Source: a virus (taxonomy: Duplodnaviria > Heunggongvirae > Uroviricota > Caudoviricetes). From it: 54,850 bases of DNA. Positions 44,860 through 52,650 of the stretch are shown here, one piece after another (the first letter of the stretch is position 1; every line of letters starts with the position of its first letter). A model generated the notes under the pieces. That model saw only the letters and a program-made list of their open reading frames with translations, made no database searches and was not told the DNA's origin. A program made the translations under genes and the position numbers. The DNA lies in IMG/VR virus record IMGVR_UViG_3300042901_002340; one strand, given 5' to 3'.

Positions 44860-46284
44860 ATGAAGGATTTATTAAAAAATGAATTAATTAATAACCTAGA
44901 AGCGATTAATCGTTCCAATGGGGTTATTGAATTCGACCTTAACGGATATATCATTAAAGTAAATGACCTATTTCTTTCTATTATTGGATTTTTACCAAAC
45001 GAAAGAATAAAATTAATAGGCAAACATCACAGTATTTTTGTTGACCCTGAATATGCAAAGTCCACAGAATATAAAAGGTTCTGGGAATCTTTACGTAATG
45101 GTGAGTATATCGGAGGGGAGTTTCCAAGGGTAAATCGAGAAGGTTCTTTAATTTATTTACAGGCAACCTACAATCCGATTCTTGACGAAAATGGAAAACC
45201 TTATAAAGTTATAAAATACGCTCTGGATGTTACACATATTAAAAAACAGGAACAAGAATTAAAAAATAGACTCAACGCAATTAATTCTTCTAACGCAGTA
45301 ATAGAATTCGATCTTAATGGAATTATATTGGATGCTAATGAAAAATTTCAATCTGTAATGGGGTTTCCTCTAGAAAAAATAGTTGGTAAACATCATAGAG
45401 TTTTTGTAACTGAAAAATTTGAAAATTCTGATGAATATCTTGGACTCTGGAATTCTCTAAGGAATGGAGAATTCATTTCAGGACAATTTGAAAGAATCAA
45501 AAGTGATGGAACTGCGGTATGGCTACAGGCTACTTATAGCCCTATCTTTGATATAGAGGGTAAACCATATAAGATTATGAAAATAGCTACGGATGTAACG
45601 AAAGTCGTAGAACAAAAGAAGGAACTAGAAAAGAAAAATACCTACTTGGAACACGCTTCTAAAATTCTTCGTCATGATATGCATAGTGGTATTAACACGT
45701 ATATTCCAAGAGGAATATCTTCATTAGAAAGAAGATTAACAGAAGATAATATTAAGGACCTAAAGATTGAGGCACCTCTTAAAATGATTAAGGAAGGTCT
45801 TTCACACACACAGAAAGTTTACAAAGGAGTATTTGAATTCACTAATCTAGTTAGACCTAATGCTACTCTAAATAAAGTTGAATGCGATTTATCAGAAATA
45901 CTAGATTCCTATCTAAGATCTACTGCTTATCGTCATCAAGTGATTATAGAAAAATTGGGCAAGGAGATGGTAAACGAAGCACTCTTCTGTACTGCAATCG
46001 ATAATCTTATTCGTAATGGTTTAAAATACAATGATAGCCCATCAAAATTTGTTAAAATATACAGGAAAAATAATGCCATATACGTAGAGGATAACGGTAG
46101 AGGTTTAAGTTCGGATGATTTTAAAGAACTTGCAGAACCGTACACTCGTAAAGAAGACCAAACGGAAGATGGCACGGGATTAGGTCTAAATATTTGCATA
46201 GCAATATTAGAGGAACATGGATACTCAATAGGATGTGATAAATTACCTGAAATTGGAACTCAAATGAAAATCAAATTAAAATAA
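44860..46284 (+). CDS. Soluble sensor histidine kinase with two PAS/PAC domains
   Basis: Two repeats AIN.SN.VIEFDLNG...LQATY.PI.D..GKPYK. H-box LRHDM, N-box IDNLIRNGLKYN, G1 VEDNGRG, G2 GTGLGL. No TM segment. Confidence 0.92.
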   Translation: MKDLLKNELINNLEAINRSNGVIEFDLNGYIIKVNDLFLSIIGFLPNERIKLIGKHHSIFVDPEYAKSTEYKRFWESLRNGEYIGGEFPRVNREGSLIYLQATYNPILDENGKPYKVIKYALDVTHIKKQEQELKNRLNAINSSNAVIEFDLNGIILDANEKFQSVMGFPLEKIVGKHHRVFVTEKFENSDEYLGLWNSLRNGEFISGQFERIKSDGTAVWLQATYSPIFDIEGKPYKIMKIATDVTKVVEQKKELEKKNTYLEHASKILRHDMHSGINTYIPRGISSLERRLTEDNIKDLKIEAPLKMIKEGLSHTQKVYKGVFEFTNLVRPNATLNKVECDLSEILDSYLRSTAYRHQVIIEKLGKEMVNEALFCTAIDNLIRNGLKYNDSPSKFVKIYRKNNAIYVEDNGRGLSSDDFKELAEPYTRKEDQTEDGTGLGLNICIAILEEHGYSIGCDKLPEIGTQMKIKLK

Positions 46285-46301
46285 ACATAACATAAACAAA
46301 A

Positions 46302-46733
46302 ATGATTGATTCAATTTTATTGGTAGATGACGAAAGTCTCTTCCACCTAGTTTTCGAAGACGCTTGCAGTCTTTTAGATATTTCGCTTACACTTGAAGGT
46401 GTAGATAGCTCAGATCGAGCTGCAAGCCTTTTTCAAGATTGGCAAACAAATCCAGAAGGAAAACCTGAATGTGTATTTGTGGATTTAAACATCATAGGAT
46501 CCTCTTATGATGGGATAGAGCTTATTCGTAAGATTAATTTCGAATATGGTAACAACGTAGTTATAGGAATTATATCATCATCTAATGAACCAACCGAGCA
46601 AGCAAAAGCGGTTAAAGCAGGAGCTCAGTTCTGGATAATCAAGTCAGATGAAATAGAACCTAGACTGGAGGAATTCAAAAAAGATTTCGAGGGTTACAAA
46701 AATAGAACCGCTCCATTTAAAATCTACAAGTAA
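46302..46733 (+). CDS. Stand-alone (CheY-like) response regulator receiver
   Basis: ILLVDD, phospho-acceptor VFVDLN, IISSS, conserved Lys in WIIK; no output domain. Confidence 0.9.
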   Translation: MIDSILLVDDESLFHLVFEDACSLLDISLTLEGVDSSDRAASLFQDWQTNPEGKPECVFVDLNIIGSSYDGIELIRKINFEYGNNVVIGIISSSNEPTEQAKAVKAGAQFWIIKSDEIEPRLEEFKKDFEGYKNRTAPFKIYK

Positions 46734-46736
46734 ACA

Positions 46737-47330
46737 ATGAAGGTAGATAAAAAAATAAGAGATTGGTTATTAGACGTTCAATCTAAAAATAAAATATTTT
46801 TGGAAGGGAACCTTCTGAAAGTTATAGAATCCGATCCAGAAGATGCAGATTTTATTAAGTATATTGAAGATGCAAATACTAAAGATAAAGATGCTCGTAG
46901 GAGAAGATTAGATGTTACTAAACAGATACAAGAGCATAATAAGAAATTATTAGCTGCACAGGAGGAGAATCTTAATATAAACGAGGAACTTAAAATAGCC
47001 TTAGGATCTGCTGAGGAAGAGAGAAAAAATGCTGAATTGTCAAAAATCGAAGCAGAAAAAGCTAAAGATGCTGCATTAATAGATTTAGACATTATACAAA
47101 AGCGTTCACAAACGGAACTAATTAGTACGATAGTTAAAGTAGCACTGATCGTAATTATGAGTGTTGGTCTAATAACAACCGTTATGTACAGTATTGCGAT
47201 GTTTACCGGGAAAGACACACAAATAATTGGATCTACCTGGTCAAACATGTTTGGTATCCTACTTACCAATGCCTTCTCGATAGTTGGAACCATTATGGGT
47301 GTTAAATATGCTTCAGAAAAAAAGGACTAG
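46737..47330 (+). CDS. Coiled-coil protein with two C-terminal TM helices
   Basis: Long heptad region, then IVKVALIVIMSVGLITTVMYSIAMF and MFGILLTNAFSIVGTIMGV. Confidence 0.75.
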   Translation: MKVDKKIRDWLLDVQSKNKIFLEGNLLKVIESDPEDADFIKYIEDANTKDKDARRRRLDVTKQIQEHNKKLLAAQEENLNINEELKIALGSAEEERKNAELSKIEAEKAKDAALIDLDIIQKRSQTELISTIVKVALIVIMSVGLITTVMYSIAMFTGKDTQIIGSTWSNMFGILLTNAFSIVGTIMGVKYASEKKD

Positions 47331-47351
47331 ATTTTAAAATCTAGTCCTTTT
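47320..47351. terminator. Bidirectional terminator; perfect 32-nt palindrome including the TAG stop
   Basis: aaaaggactagatttt|aaaatctagtcctttt between convergent genes. Confidence 0.8.
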
Positions 47352-47368
47352 ATTAATCAATCAATTTA

Positions 47369-47698
47369 TTATTTACCTGTACCTATATTGTCGGCTTTAA
47401 ATAAATAGGGCATCAATGAGGCTATTGACCCAACCCAGAATTGCCATTCATCAGCTGTTATATTGAGGAAATTTATTAAAAATCCACCAGCAAAAGATAG
47501 TGTTTGTCTAATGGCTCCAGCTATCATATCACTGGTTGCTGTTTTCTCTCTAATACTCCAGTATAGGGAAACTAATCCCATTAATATACCACTTCCGGTT
47601 TCAATTGATACCGAATCAGTAAGCCCCTTCATGGCTAAATATCCACCAATTATTGACAATAAATGACGGATTAAACTTGTAATTTGTTCTTTACTCAT
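47369..47698 (-). CDS. Putative holin (Pam3 gp28-like), internally duplicated
   Basis: MSKEQITSLIRHLLSIIGG...YWSIREK followed by a second copy AGAIRQTLSFAGG; about four TM segments; next to the endolysin operon. Confidence 0.6.
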   Translation of the reverse strand: MSKEQITSLIRHLLSIIGGYLAMKGLTDSVSIETGSGILMGLVSLYWSIREKTATSDMIAGAIRQTLSFAGGFLINFLNITADEWQFWVGSIASLMPYLFKADNIGTGK

Positions 47699-47738
47699 AT
47701 TTTTATATTTTTTTAGTTACCACACGTGTTGGTAACCA

Positions 47739-47746
47739 TATATATC
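47739..47746 (-). promoter_or_regulatory. Candidate late promoter GATATATA (holin-like gene)
   Basis: tatatatc on + strand. Confidence 0.55.
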
Positions 47747-47770
47747 CCATTAATAAAGGTACATTGGATT

Positions 47771-47778
47771 GATATATA
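47771..47778 (+). promoter_or_regulatory. Candidate late promoter GATATATA
   Basis: Exact motif 9 nt before ATG 47788. Confidence 0.6.
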
Positions 47779-47787
47779 AAAGCAAAA

Positions 47788-47928
47788 ATGGCTAAAGCAA
47801 AATCATCATCAGAAAACAAATTTGTATCTAAATCAGCTAAATCCTGTGATCGTCACTCGAAAAGCAACGAATCTAAAAATAAGAATTCTAAGAATTATAA
47901 GAAAGCTTATAGAGGACAAGGAAAATAA
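47788..47928 (+). CDS. Small basic protein (46 aa), below track cutoff
   Basis: MAKAKSSSENKFVSKSAKSCDRHSKSNESKNKNSKNYKKAYRGQGK; own promoter motif and terminator. Confidence 0.75.
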   Translation: MAKAKSSSENKFVSKSAKSCDRHSKSNESKNKNSKNYKKAYRGQGK

Positions 47929-47956
47929 AAAAGCCGAGCAATTGCTCGGCTTTTTT
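47927..47956. terminator. Bidirectional intrinsic terminator
   Basis: aaaaagccgagc-aatt-gctcggcttttt. Confidence 0.85.
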
Positions 47957-47965
47957 ATGAATAAT

Positions 47966-48250
47966 TTACTTGGTGTAGCTATCAATCTTAGCAACCAGTA
48001 CCGCTTTGGATTGCAATCCAGTAACTCTCTCAAGTACCTCGCCATCCTTTTCGAAAATAATAGTTGGGATGCTTCTAATTGAATATTTTTCAGCTAGTTC
48101 CCTATTTTCATCAACATCGATTTTTTCAACAATAACACCAGATTTTTCACCGTCCCCGTACTCATCCATAAGATCCTTAATGATCGGAGCTAGTGTTCTG
48201 CAGGGCCCACACCACGTGGCATTAAAGTCCATTACTTTTAATTTTGACAT
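47966..48250 (-). CDS. trxA: Thioredoxin
   Basis: DFNATWCGPC, IDVDENRELAEKYSIRSIPT. Confidence 0.95.
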   Translation of the reverse strand: MSKLKVMDFNATWCGPCRTLAPIIKDLMDEYGDGEKSGVIVEKIDVDENRELAEKYSIRSIPTIIFEKDGEVLERVTGLQSKAVLVAKIDSYTK

Positions 48251-48270
48251 AATTTATTTATTTTTATTCT

Positions 48271-48843
48271 CTATATATTATCAGTTAAAAAACTGATTAT
48301 TTTATCTTTTATCCCGGATTGTTTTATACCCTCACTCATTTTAGGAGTAAGAACGAAATTTGCAACTCCCCAATCCTTCCGCATTGACATATCAAGATCA
48401 TCAACAGCTACCCAATGTGTTATTTCGGGAAAGTCCTTAACATATTGATTTATCTCAAAAGATCTTTCCTGCTCATACATTAAACTTCTATTCCATCCAA
48501 AGCTTTCTGGCTTCTCGCAGCCGATGAAACTTCTAGTGACAGCAATAGGTCTTCTAATAATACCTTGTGAATTATAATAATCACCAAGTTCCTCTAGTGT
48601 TGCATGTTTTTTCCAATCCGAGCTTACAACAATTTCAGCACCAGTTTCAATAAGTATTTGATTCAGTATTTTAACAGCTTTTTTATCAAAATCATCAAAG
48701 CGATGAAACACATCTACTGTACTCCATGATAATGCATCGGCTTCAGGATGAAGCTTTCTATATTTATTAAATTTGCGTGTTCTACCTCCCCAATTATTAG
48801 AGAGACAAATTACGCCATCGTTGTCCAAAAAAATTATTTTCAT
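48271..48843 (-). CDS. HAD-superfamily phosphatase, RNA-repair 'Swiss army knife' type
   Basis: IIFLDNDGVI, IVVSSDW, WVAVDD. Confidence 0.8.
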   Translation of the reverse strand: MKIIFLDNDGVICLSNNWGGRTRKFNKYRKLHPEADALSWSTVDVFHRFDDFDKKAVKILNQILIETGAEIVVSSDWKKHATLEELGDYYNSQGIIRRPIAVTRSFIGCEKPESFGWNRSLMYEQERSFEINQYVKDFPEITHWVAVDDLDMSMRKDWGVANFVLTPKMSEGIKQSGIKDKIISFLTDNI

Positions 48844-48845
48844 TT

Positions 48846-49184
48846 TTACTCCTTTCTAGCTATACGACCAACAAGTTCCTTGTTGTCCTTTCTAAGCCTA
48901 CTTATTTCTTTTTCTAGTTTATTTCTGCTAATCATTTCTGATTTCATACTCATATACTGATCATATTCTCTTCTCTGGTCTTCAGTAAGTGGAACTTGTT
49001 TTTCCTTCTTGCCAAGTTCTTTTTCTAGCTTTTTAACTTTGTCTTCAAGCTCGTGTATATAAGCATTATTTTGACCTCTCTCAACAAACATCTCCTTCAA
49101 TTTATTCAAAGCCCACATAACAGCCTCATTCTCCGAATAGGTTCTTCTTAGTTTAATAAGAACCGAGTTGTCATACTTTTTCAT
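48846..49184 (-). CDS. Hypothetical coiled-coil protein
   Basis: 112 aa ORF with heptad pattern. Confidence 0.7.
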   Translation of the reverse strand: MKKYDNSVLIKLRRTYSENEAVMWALNKLKEMFVERGQNNAYIHELEDKVKKLEKELGKKEKQVPLTEDQRREYDQYMSMKSEMISRNKLEKEISRLRKDNKELVGRIARKE

Positions 49185-49186
49185 AA

Positions 49187-50128
49187 TTAATCGTTGTCTC
49201 TAGATGATCCGAAACCCACTCCTTTTTGTCCCTTTCCTCTTGGTGTTTTCTTAAGCTCCTTTAGATGTTTAAGTGCATCATCATATTTGTTATCTAATAG
49301 AAAAACAGAAATGAATAATTCCTTAAGATGTGATATTGACATTCCGTCGGTATCTTTAACCCACACATCGAAGTCAATTTCGGCTTCGTTACCGAGTTTA
49401 TTTTTTAAATAAGACATTCTTACTTCCGCGGATGGAGGAGCTATATAATACCTTCTATCGAAGCGAGACGGACGGTTAGTAATTCTCTCCGCTAACTTCT
49501 CCGGATAATTGGTGGTTGCTATATAAACAACGTTCTCAATTTGCTTAATTCCGTCAAGCATATTAAGAAGTTGTGAAGTAACATAACTACCTTCAGCAGC
49601 TATACCATCAATATCTTCTATGATAACGATTATGGGTCTATCAGGTTCGATTTGTCTTAGTTTACCGATAATCTCCAAATACCCTCTAACAGTATCTTCG
49701 TCTTTGACGTTTATTACTATGCCGCCAAGATCCTTGATAATATGTTTCATACAGAGTTGCAGAATACCAGATTTACCACAACCTGGATCCCCATAAAGAA
49801 GAACACCTCTTTTGTGCATAAGCTTATACTTTGCATATTCGTCCTTCTTGTTCCAGAAGCTTTTAAGATCAGTTAAGATAACTTCTATTTCCTTTGTTGG
49901 TAATTCATAAAGCTCGTCAGTGTTAACATCTTGCTTCATCAAACCCCATTCGCTAGCTCTATTGTTATAATGTGGTTCATAAAGTCCTGGAGATAGGATC
50001 TTTTGTGTTTTAGGAGCAGCTATATAGCTACCATCACCAACTATATTCCATTGTGTGAAATCATTTTTTCTTTTAGCCTCCTCTTCATCTTCAAGTAGAT
50101 CTGATATTGACGGGTGGTATTCATTCAT
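49187..50128 (-). CDS. AAA+ ATPase (classical AAA clade)
   Basis: GVLLYGDPGCGKS, IIEDID, IATTNYPEKL, RPSRFD. Probable start MNEYHP at 50128; track start is 50233. Confidence 0.9.
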   Translation of the reverse strand: MNEYHPSISDLLEDEEEAKRKNDFTQWNIVGDGSYIAAPKTQKILSPGLYEPHYNNRASEWGLMKQDVNTDELYELPTKEIEVILTDLKSFWNKKDEYAKYKLMHKRGVLLYGDPGCGKSGILQLCMKHIIKDLGGIVINVKDEDTVRGYLEIIGKLRQIEPDRPIIVIIEDIDGIAAEGSYVTSQLLNMLDGIKQIENVVYIATTNYPEKLAERITNRPSRFDRRYYIAPPSAEVRMSYLKNKLGNEAEIDFDVWVKDTDGMSISHLKELFISVFLLDNKYDDALKHLKELKKTPRGKGQKGVGFGSSRDND

Positions 50129-50168
50129 ATTACTATAGGTTTTAATTTTCTTAAGGCTTTTTATTATT

Positions 50169-50390
50169 TTATCCGATTTTGCTCTCTCTAACATTTTCGA
50201 TTTTTTTGATTTCCCACATATACCAATGACCAATCCATCTTTGATACCTAGGTTTTATATAGATATCTTTACCATCAATTTCCCTAATTGTTCCATAAAA
50301 AGGTGCAATTTTTCCATCTTTTATAAACCCAATGGTGTTGCCAATGATTTCTATCTTCTCCCCTACTTTATACTTTGGATATGACATCAT
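50169..50390 (-). CDS. Hypothetical small protein
   Basis: 73 aa; KYKVGEKI. Confidence 0.65.
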   Translation of the reverse strand: MMSYPKYKVGEKIEIIGNTIGFIKDGKIAPFYGTIREIDGKDIYIKPRYQRWIGHWYMWEIKKIENVRESKIG

Positions 50391-50938
50391 GTGTGCATTT
50401 TTTTACCAACAAGACCACATAAAAATTCAGAAACTAGATCCATTTCAGGATTTCTCCAAGCATGATTTAGATAATCAACCGGAGCTCTGTAATGGTACCC
50501 GTTACTTTTTATATGCTCCTTACATGCTTTAGCAGTAAAGAAGCAATTTGAATATTCAGGTTCCTCTGAAACTGAGCACTCCTTAAGATCTGGACAGAAA
50601 GCTTCTATAAATTCATCGAGGGCATAATTGTTATCATTCCATTCTATAGTTGCATAAGGATCATTCCATAATTTAGTAAGATCCTCATCTGATGGGCTAT
50701 CAATTCCCATATCACCCAAGTAGGATATAAGATCATTAGCTGATTCAATCTCAATAGAATTTCCACAATCAATCCATATCCGGTCGTGTCCATTCAATCC
50801 CCAATCATAAACTTTTTTATCTGATCTAACCTGGAACATATGAGGCATTCTTGTTCCTCTTGGATCCTGTGTTGTCATTTCAGTAGCAAGCTCGATGAGC
50901 TTGTCATACATTTCATCGGATATCTCTACGGTTTTCAT
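50387..50938 (-). CDS. Hypothetical phage protein
   Basis: 183 aa; TQDPRGT...FTAKACKEHIKSNGYHY. Confidence 0.75.
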   Translation of the reverse strand: MKTVEISDEMYDKLIELATEMTTQDPRGTRMPHMFQVRSDKKVYDWGLNGHDRIWIDCGNSIEIESANDLISYLGDMGIDSPSDEDLTKLWNDPYATIEWNDNNYALDEFIEAFCPDLKECSVSEEPEYSNCFFTAKACKEHIKSNGYHYRAPVDYLNHAWRNPEMDLVSEFLCGLVGKKMHT

Positions 50939-51759
50939 TATTTTTGTATTTGTGGAACCCAGTGGGTCGTTCTTTTATCCTTTGTTGTTTCCCTAACTAC
51001 TGGAAATCCATTCTCACAGGTGGATCTACCATACACTCTAAAATAGAATTTAAAATCCCCTTCGTCTCCATCAATGTCCTTATATGTGCTAATTGTCGCA
51101 CCCCTCCTGGCATAAGAGCTTCTAACAACATTCAGTGTTGCTTTATTCAATGCAGAGAACTCATTATCGCTTAGTGTGCCAACCAAACGGTGTGGGGAAA
51201 TTCCAGCTATATAAAGAACTTCAGCCTTTATATAATTACCGATGCCTCCAATTAGAGATTGGTTCATTAAAACCTCAGGCATAGTTCGATTTGGATATTT
51301 CATTAGGCGTTCCTTAAATAAGGAATCTGAAATCTCGTCGTTCAGATGGTTTGGTCCAATAGTTCTTTTCTTCTTATCAGTCTCCTTTACATCATCAGTA
51401 AATTTAAGGGTTCCGAAATTACGAACATCAGTGAAAAAAACAGATCCTGATTTGGTTGCAAATTCAACATGGCTATGCTTAACCCTGTCATTTCTCCATC
51501 CCCCGCCCATTCCTAGTGTGTTCCAAGCCCACCATTTTTTTCCGCTACAGTAGCTAGTAAATTCAAAAATTATGAGTTTACCCTGGAATGTAATGTTTTC
51601 TATCTTTGCTGGTAGATCCTTTCTGAATCCACCTAAACCCACGGGGTCTCCGTGCTTAGCGTATCGTCCCGAGTGGACAATAACTTCCTCTAAAATATTC
51701 CCCTTTATGGCTTCATTTAAGGAATAAACGGTTCGTGCAACTTCTGGTAATTCTGGCAT
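50938..51759 (-). CDS. mutM: Fpg/Nei family DNA glycosylase
   Basis: N-terminal MPELPEV, LGMGG, DVRNFG, H2TH motif LMNQSLIGGIGNYIKAEVLY. Confidence 0.9.
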   Translation of the reverse strand: MPELPEVARTVYSLNEAIKGNILEEVIVHSGRYAKHGDPVGLGGFRKDLPAKIENITFQGKLIIFEFTSYCSGKKWWAWNTLGMGGGWRNDRVKHSHVEFATKSGSVFFTDVRNFGTLKFTDDVKETDKKKRTIGPNHLNDEISDSLFKERLMKYPNRTMPEVLMNQSLIGGIGNYIKAEVLYIAGISPHRLVGTLSDNEFSALNKATLNVVRSSYARRGATISTYKDIDGDEGDFKFYFRVYGRSTCENGFPVVRETTKDKRTTHWVPQIQK

Positions 51760-51762
51760 ATG

Positions 51763-51993
51763 TTATTTTTTATCGTATTTAGAGTTTATGTCACTTTTTA
51801 CCTTTTCGAGATTATTATAGTTTTTCCAATACCATTTCTCATAATCCTTCCCCTTAATATGCATAACTAATCCAGTTATTAATAACCAACCGGCTAATAC
51901 CAAGATTTTATTATCCATAAATATAAGTGAAAATATTAAAACCATTAACCAAGAAAATATTATGGCCATCCACTTTTTAATATCTTTCCACAT
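51763..51993 (-). CDS. Two-TM membrane protein
   Basis: Two hydrophobic segments in 76 aa. Confidence 0.65.
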   Translation of the reverse strand: MWKDIKKWMAIIFSWLMVLIFSLIFMDNKILVLAGWLLITGLVMHIKGKDYEKWYWKNYNNLEKVKSDINSKYDKK

Positions 51994-52004
51994 TTTCTTT
52001 ATTT

Positions 52005-52433
52005 TTAATCATTTTTACAATATTCACTTAATTCTTTCCATGTTGGGGTTTCACCCTGATTTACGAACATCTCCCATCCGTTCTCATACACGTGTCTCTG
52101 ATTTGATAGCCAGTTTTCGTCGGAGTAATCAATATACCTAAGTTCAGGATTTCCCTCAGCATCAGTGTGTAGATATGCACTGTCAAATTTTGCTCCATCC
52201 GTTATGAAATGATCACAACTGGATGAACCTGAAAGCCATGGCTCCTCGTCCATCACCTCCACATACTTTTTCTTAGCATTAAACCAATCCTTCACAAAAT
52301 CTTCAGAGTCGTATATAAATTCACCCTTACCTGTATGAAGATAAACATTTTGGTATCCTATCTCATGCTCGACTAATTGATCATCGTCATCGTGGTAATT
52401 ACCACCATCATAATGTATTCCTATTACTGCCAT
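52005..52433 (-). CDS. Hypothetical acidic protein
   Basis: 142 aa ORF. Confidence 0.7.
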   Translation of the reverse strand: MAVIGIHYDGGNYHDDDDQLVEHEIGYQNVYLHTGKGEFIYDSEDFVKDWFNAKKKYVEVMDEEPWLSGSSSCDHFITDGAKFDSAYLHTDAEGNPELRYIDYSDENWLSNQRHVYENGWEMFVNQGETPTWKELSEYCKND

Positions 52434-52436
52434 AGT

Positions 52437-52649
52437 TTAATGTGATTCATGTTGTATTACCCCTCTTTTTTCCGTTACGTCATCAATGTGGCAATCCACA
52501 ATAGTACCACCAAAATCATACACAATCTGCATATGATCACCTAAACCAAAGTTATCGTCATATTCTTCCAGTGTTTCAAAAAGACTAGCATCATCATTTA
52601 AAACGACAGTCAACATACAACTATCAAAGCAAACCTGATATATTTTCAT
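52437..52649 (-). CDS. Hypothetical acidic protein
   Basis: 70 aa ORF. Confidence 0.6.
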   Translation of the reverse strand: MKIYQVCFDSCMLTVVLNDDASLFETLEEYDDNFGLGDHMQIVYDFGGTIVDCHIDDVTEKRGVIQHESH

Positions 52650-52650
52650 A

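Noticed and set aside
41741-50128. vWA protein plus AAA ATPase as a MoxR-vWA chaperone pair
   Set aside because: The genes are about 7 kb apart in different units, and the ATPase has classical AAA motifs (TTN...RPSRFD), not MoxR-type ones
19957-50233. Longer track starts for ORFs at 7944, 15430, 19957, 25654, 36430, 39597, 39647, 50233 and 53983
   Set aside because: The extensions overlap neighbouring genes, promoters or terminators; downstream ATGs give better-spaced starts and family-typical N-termini
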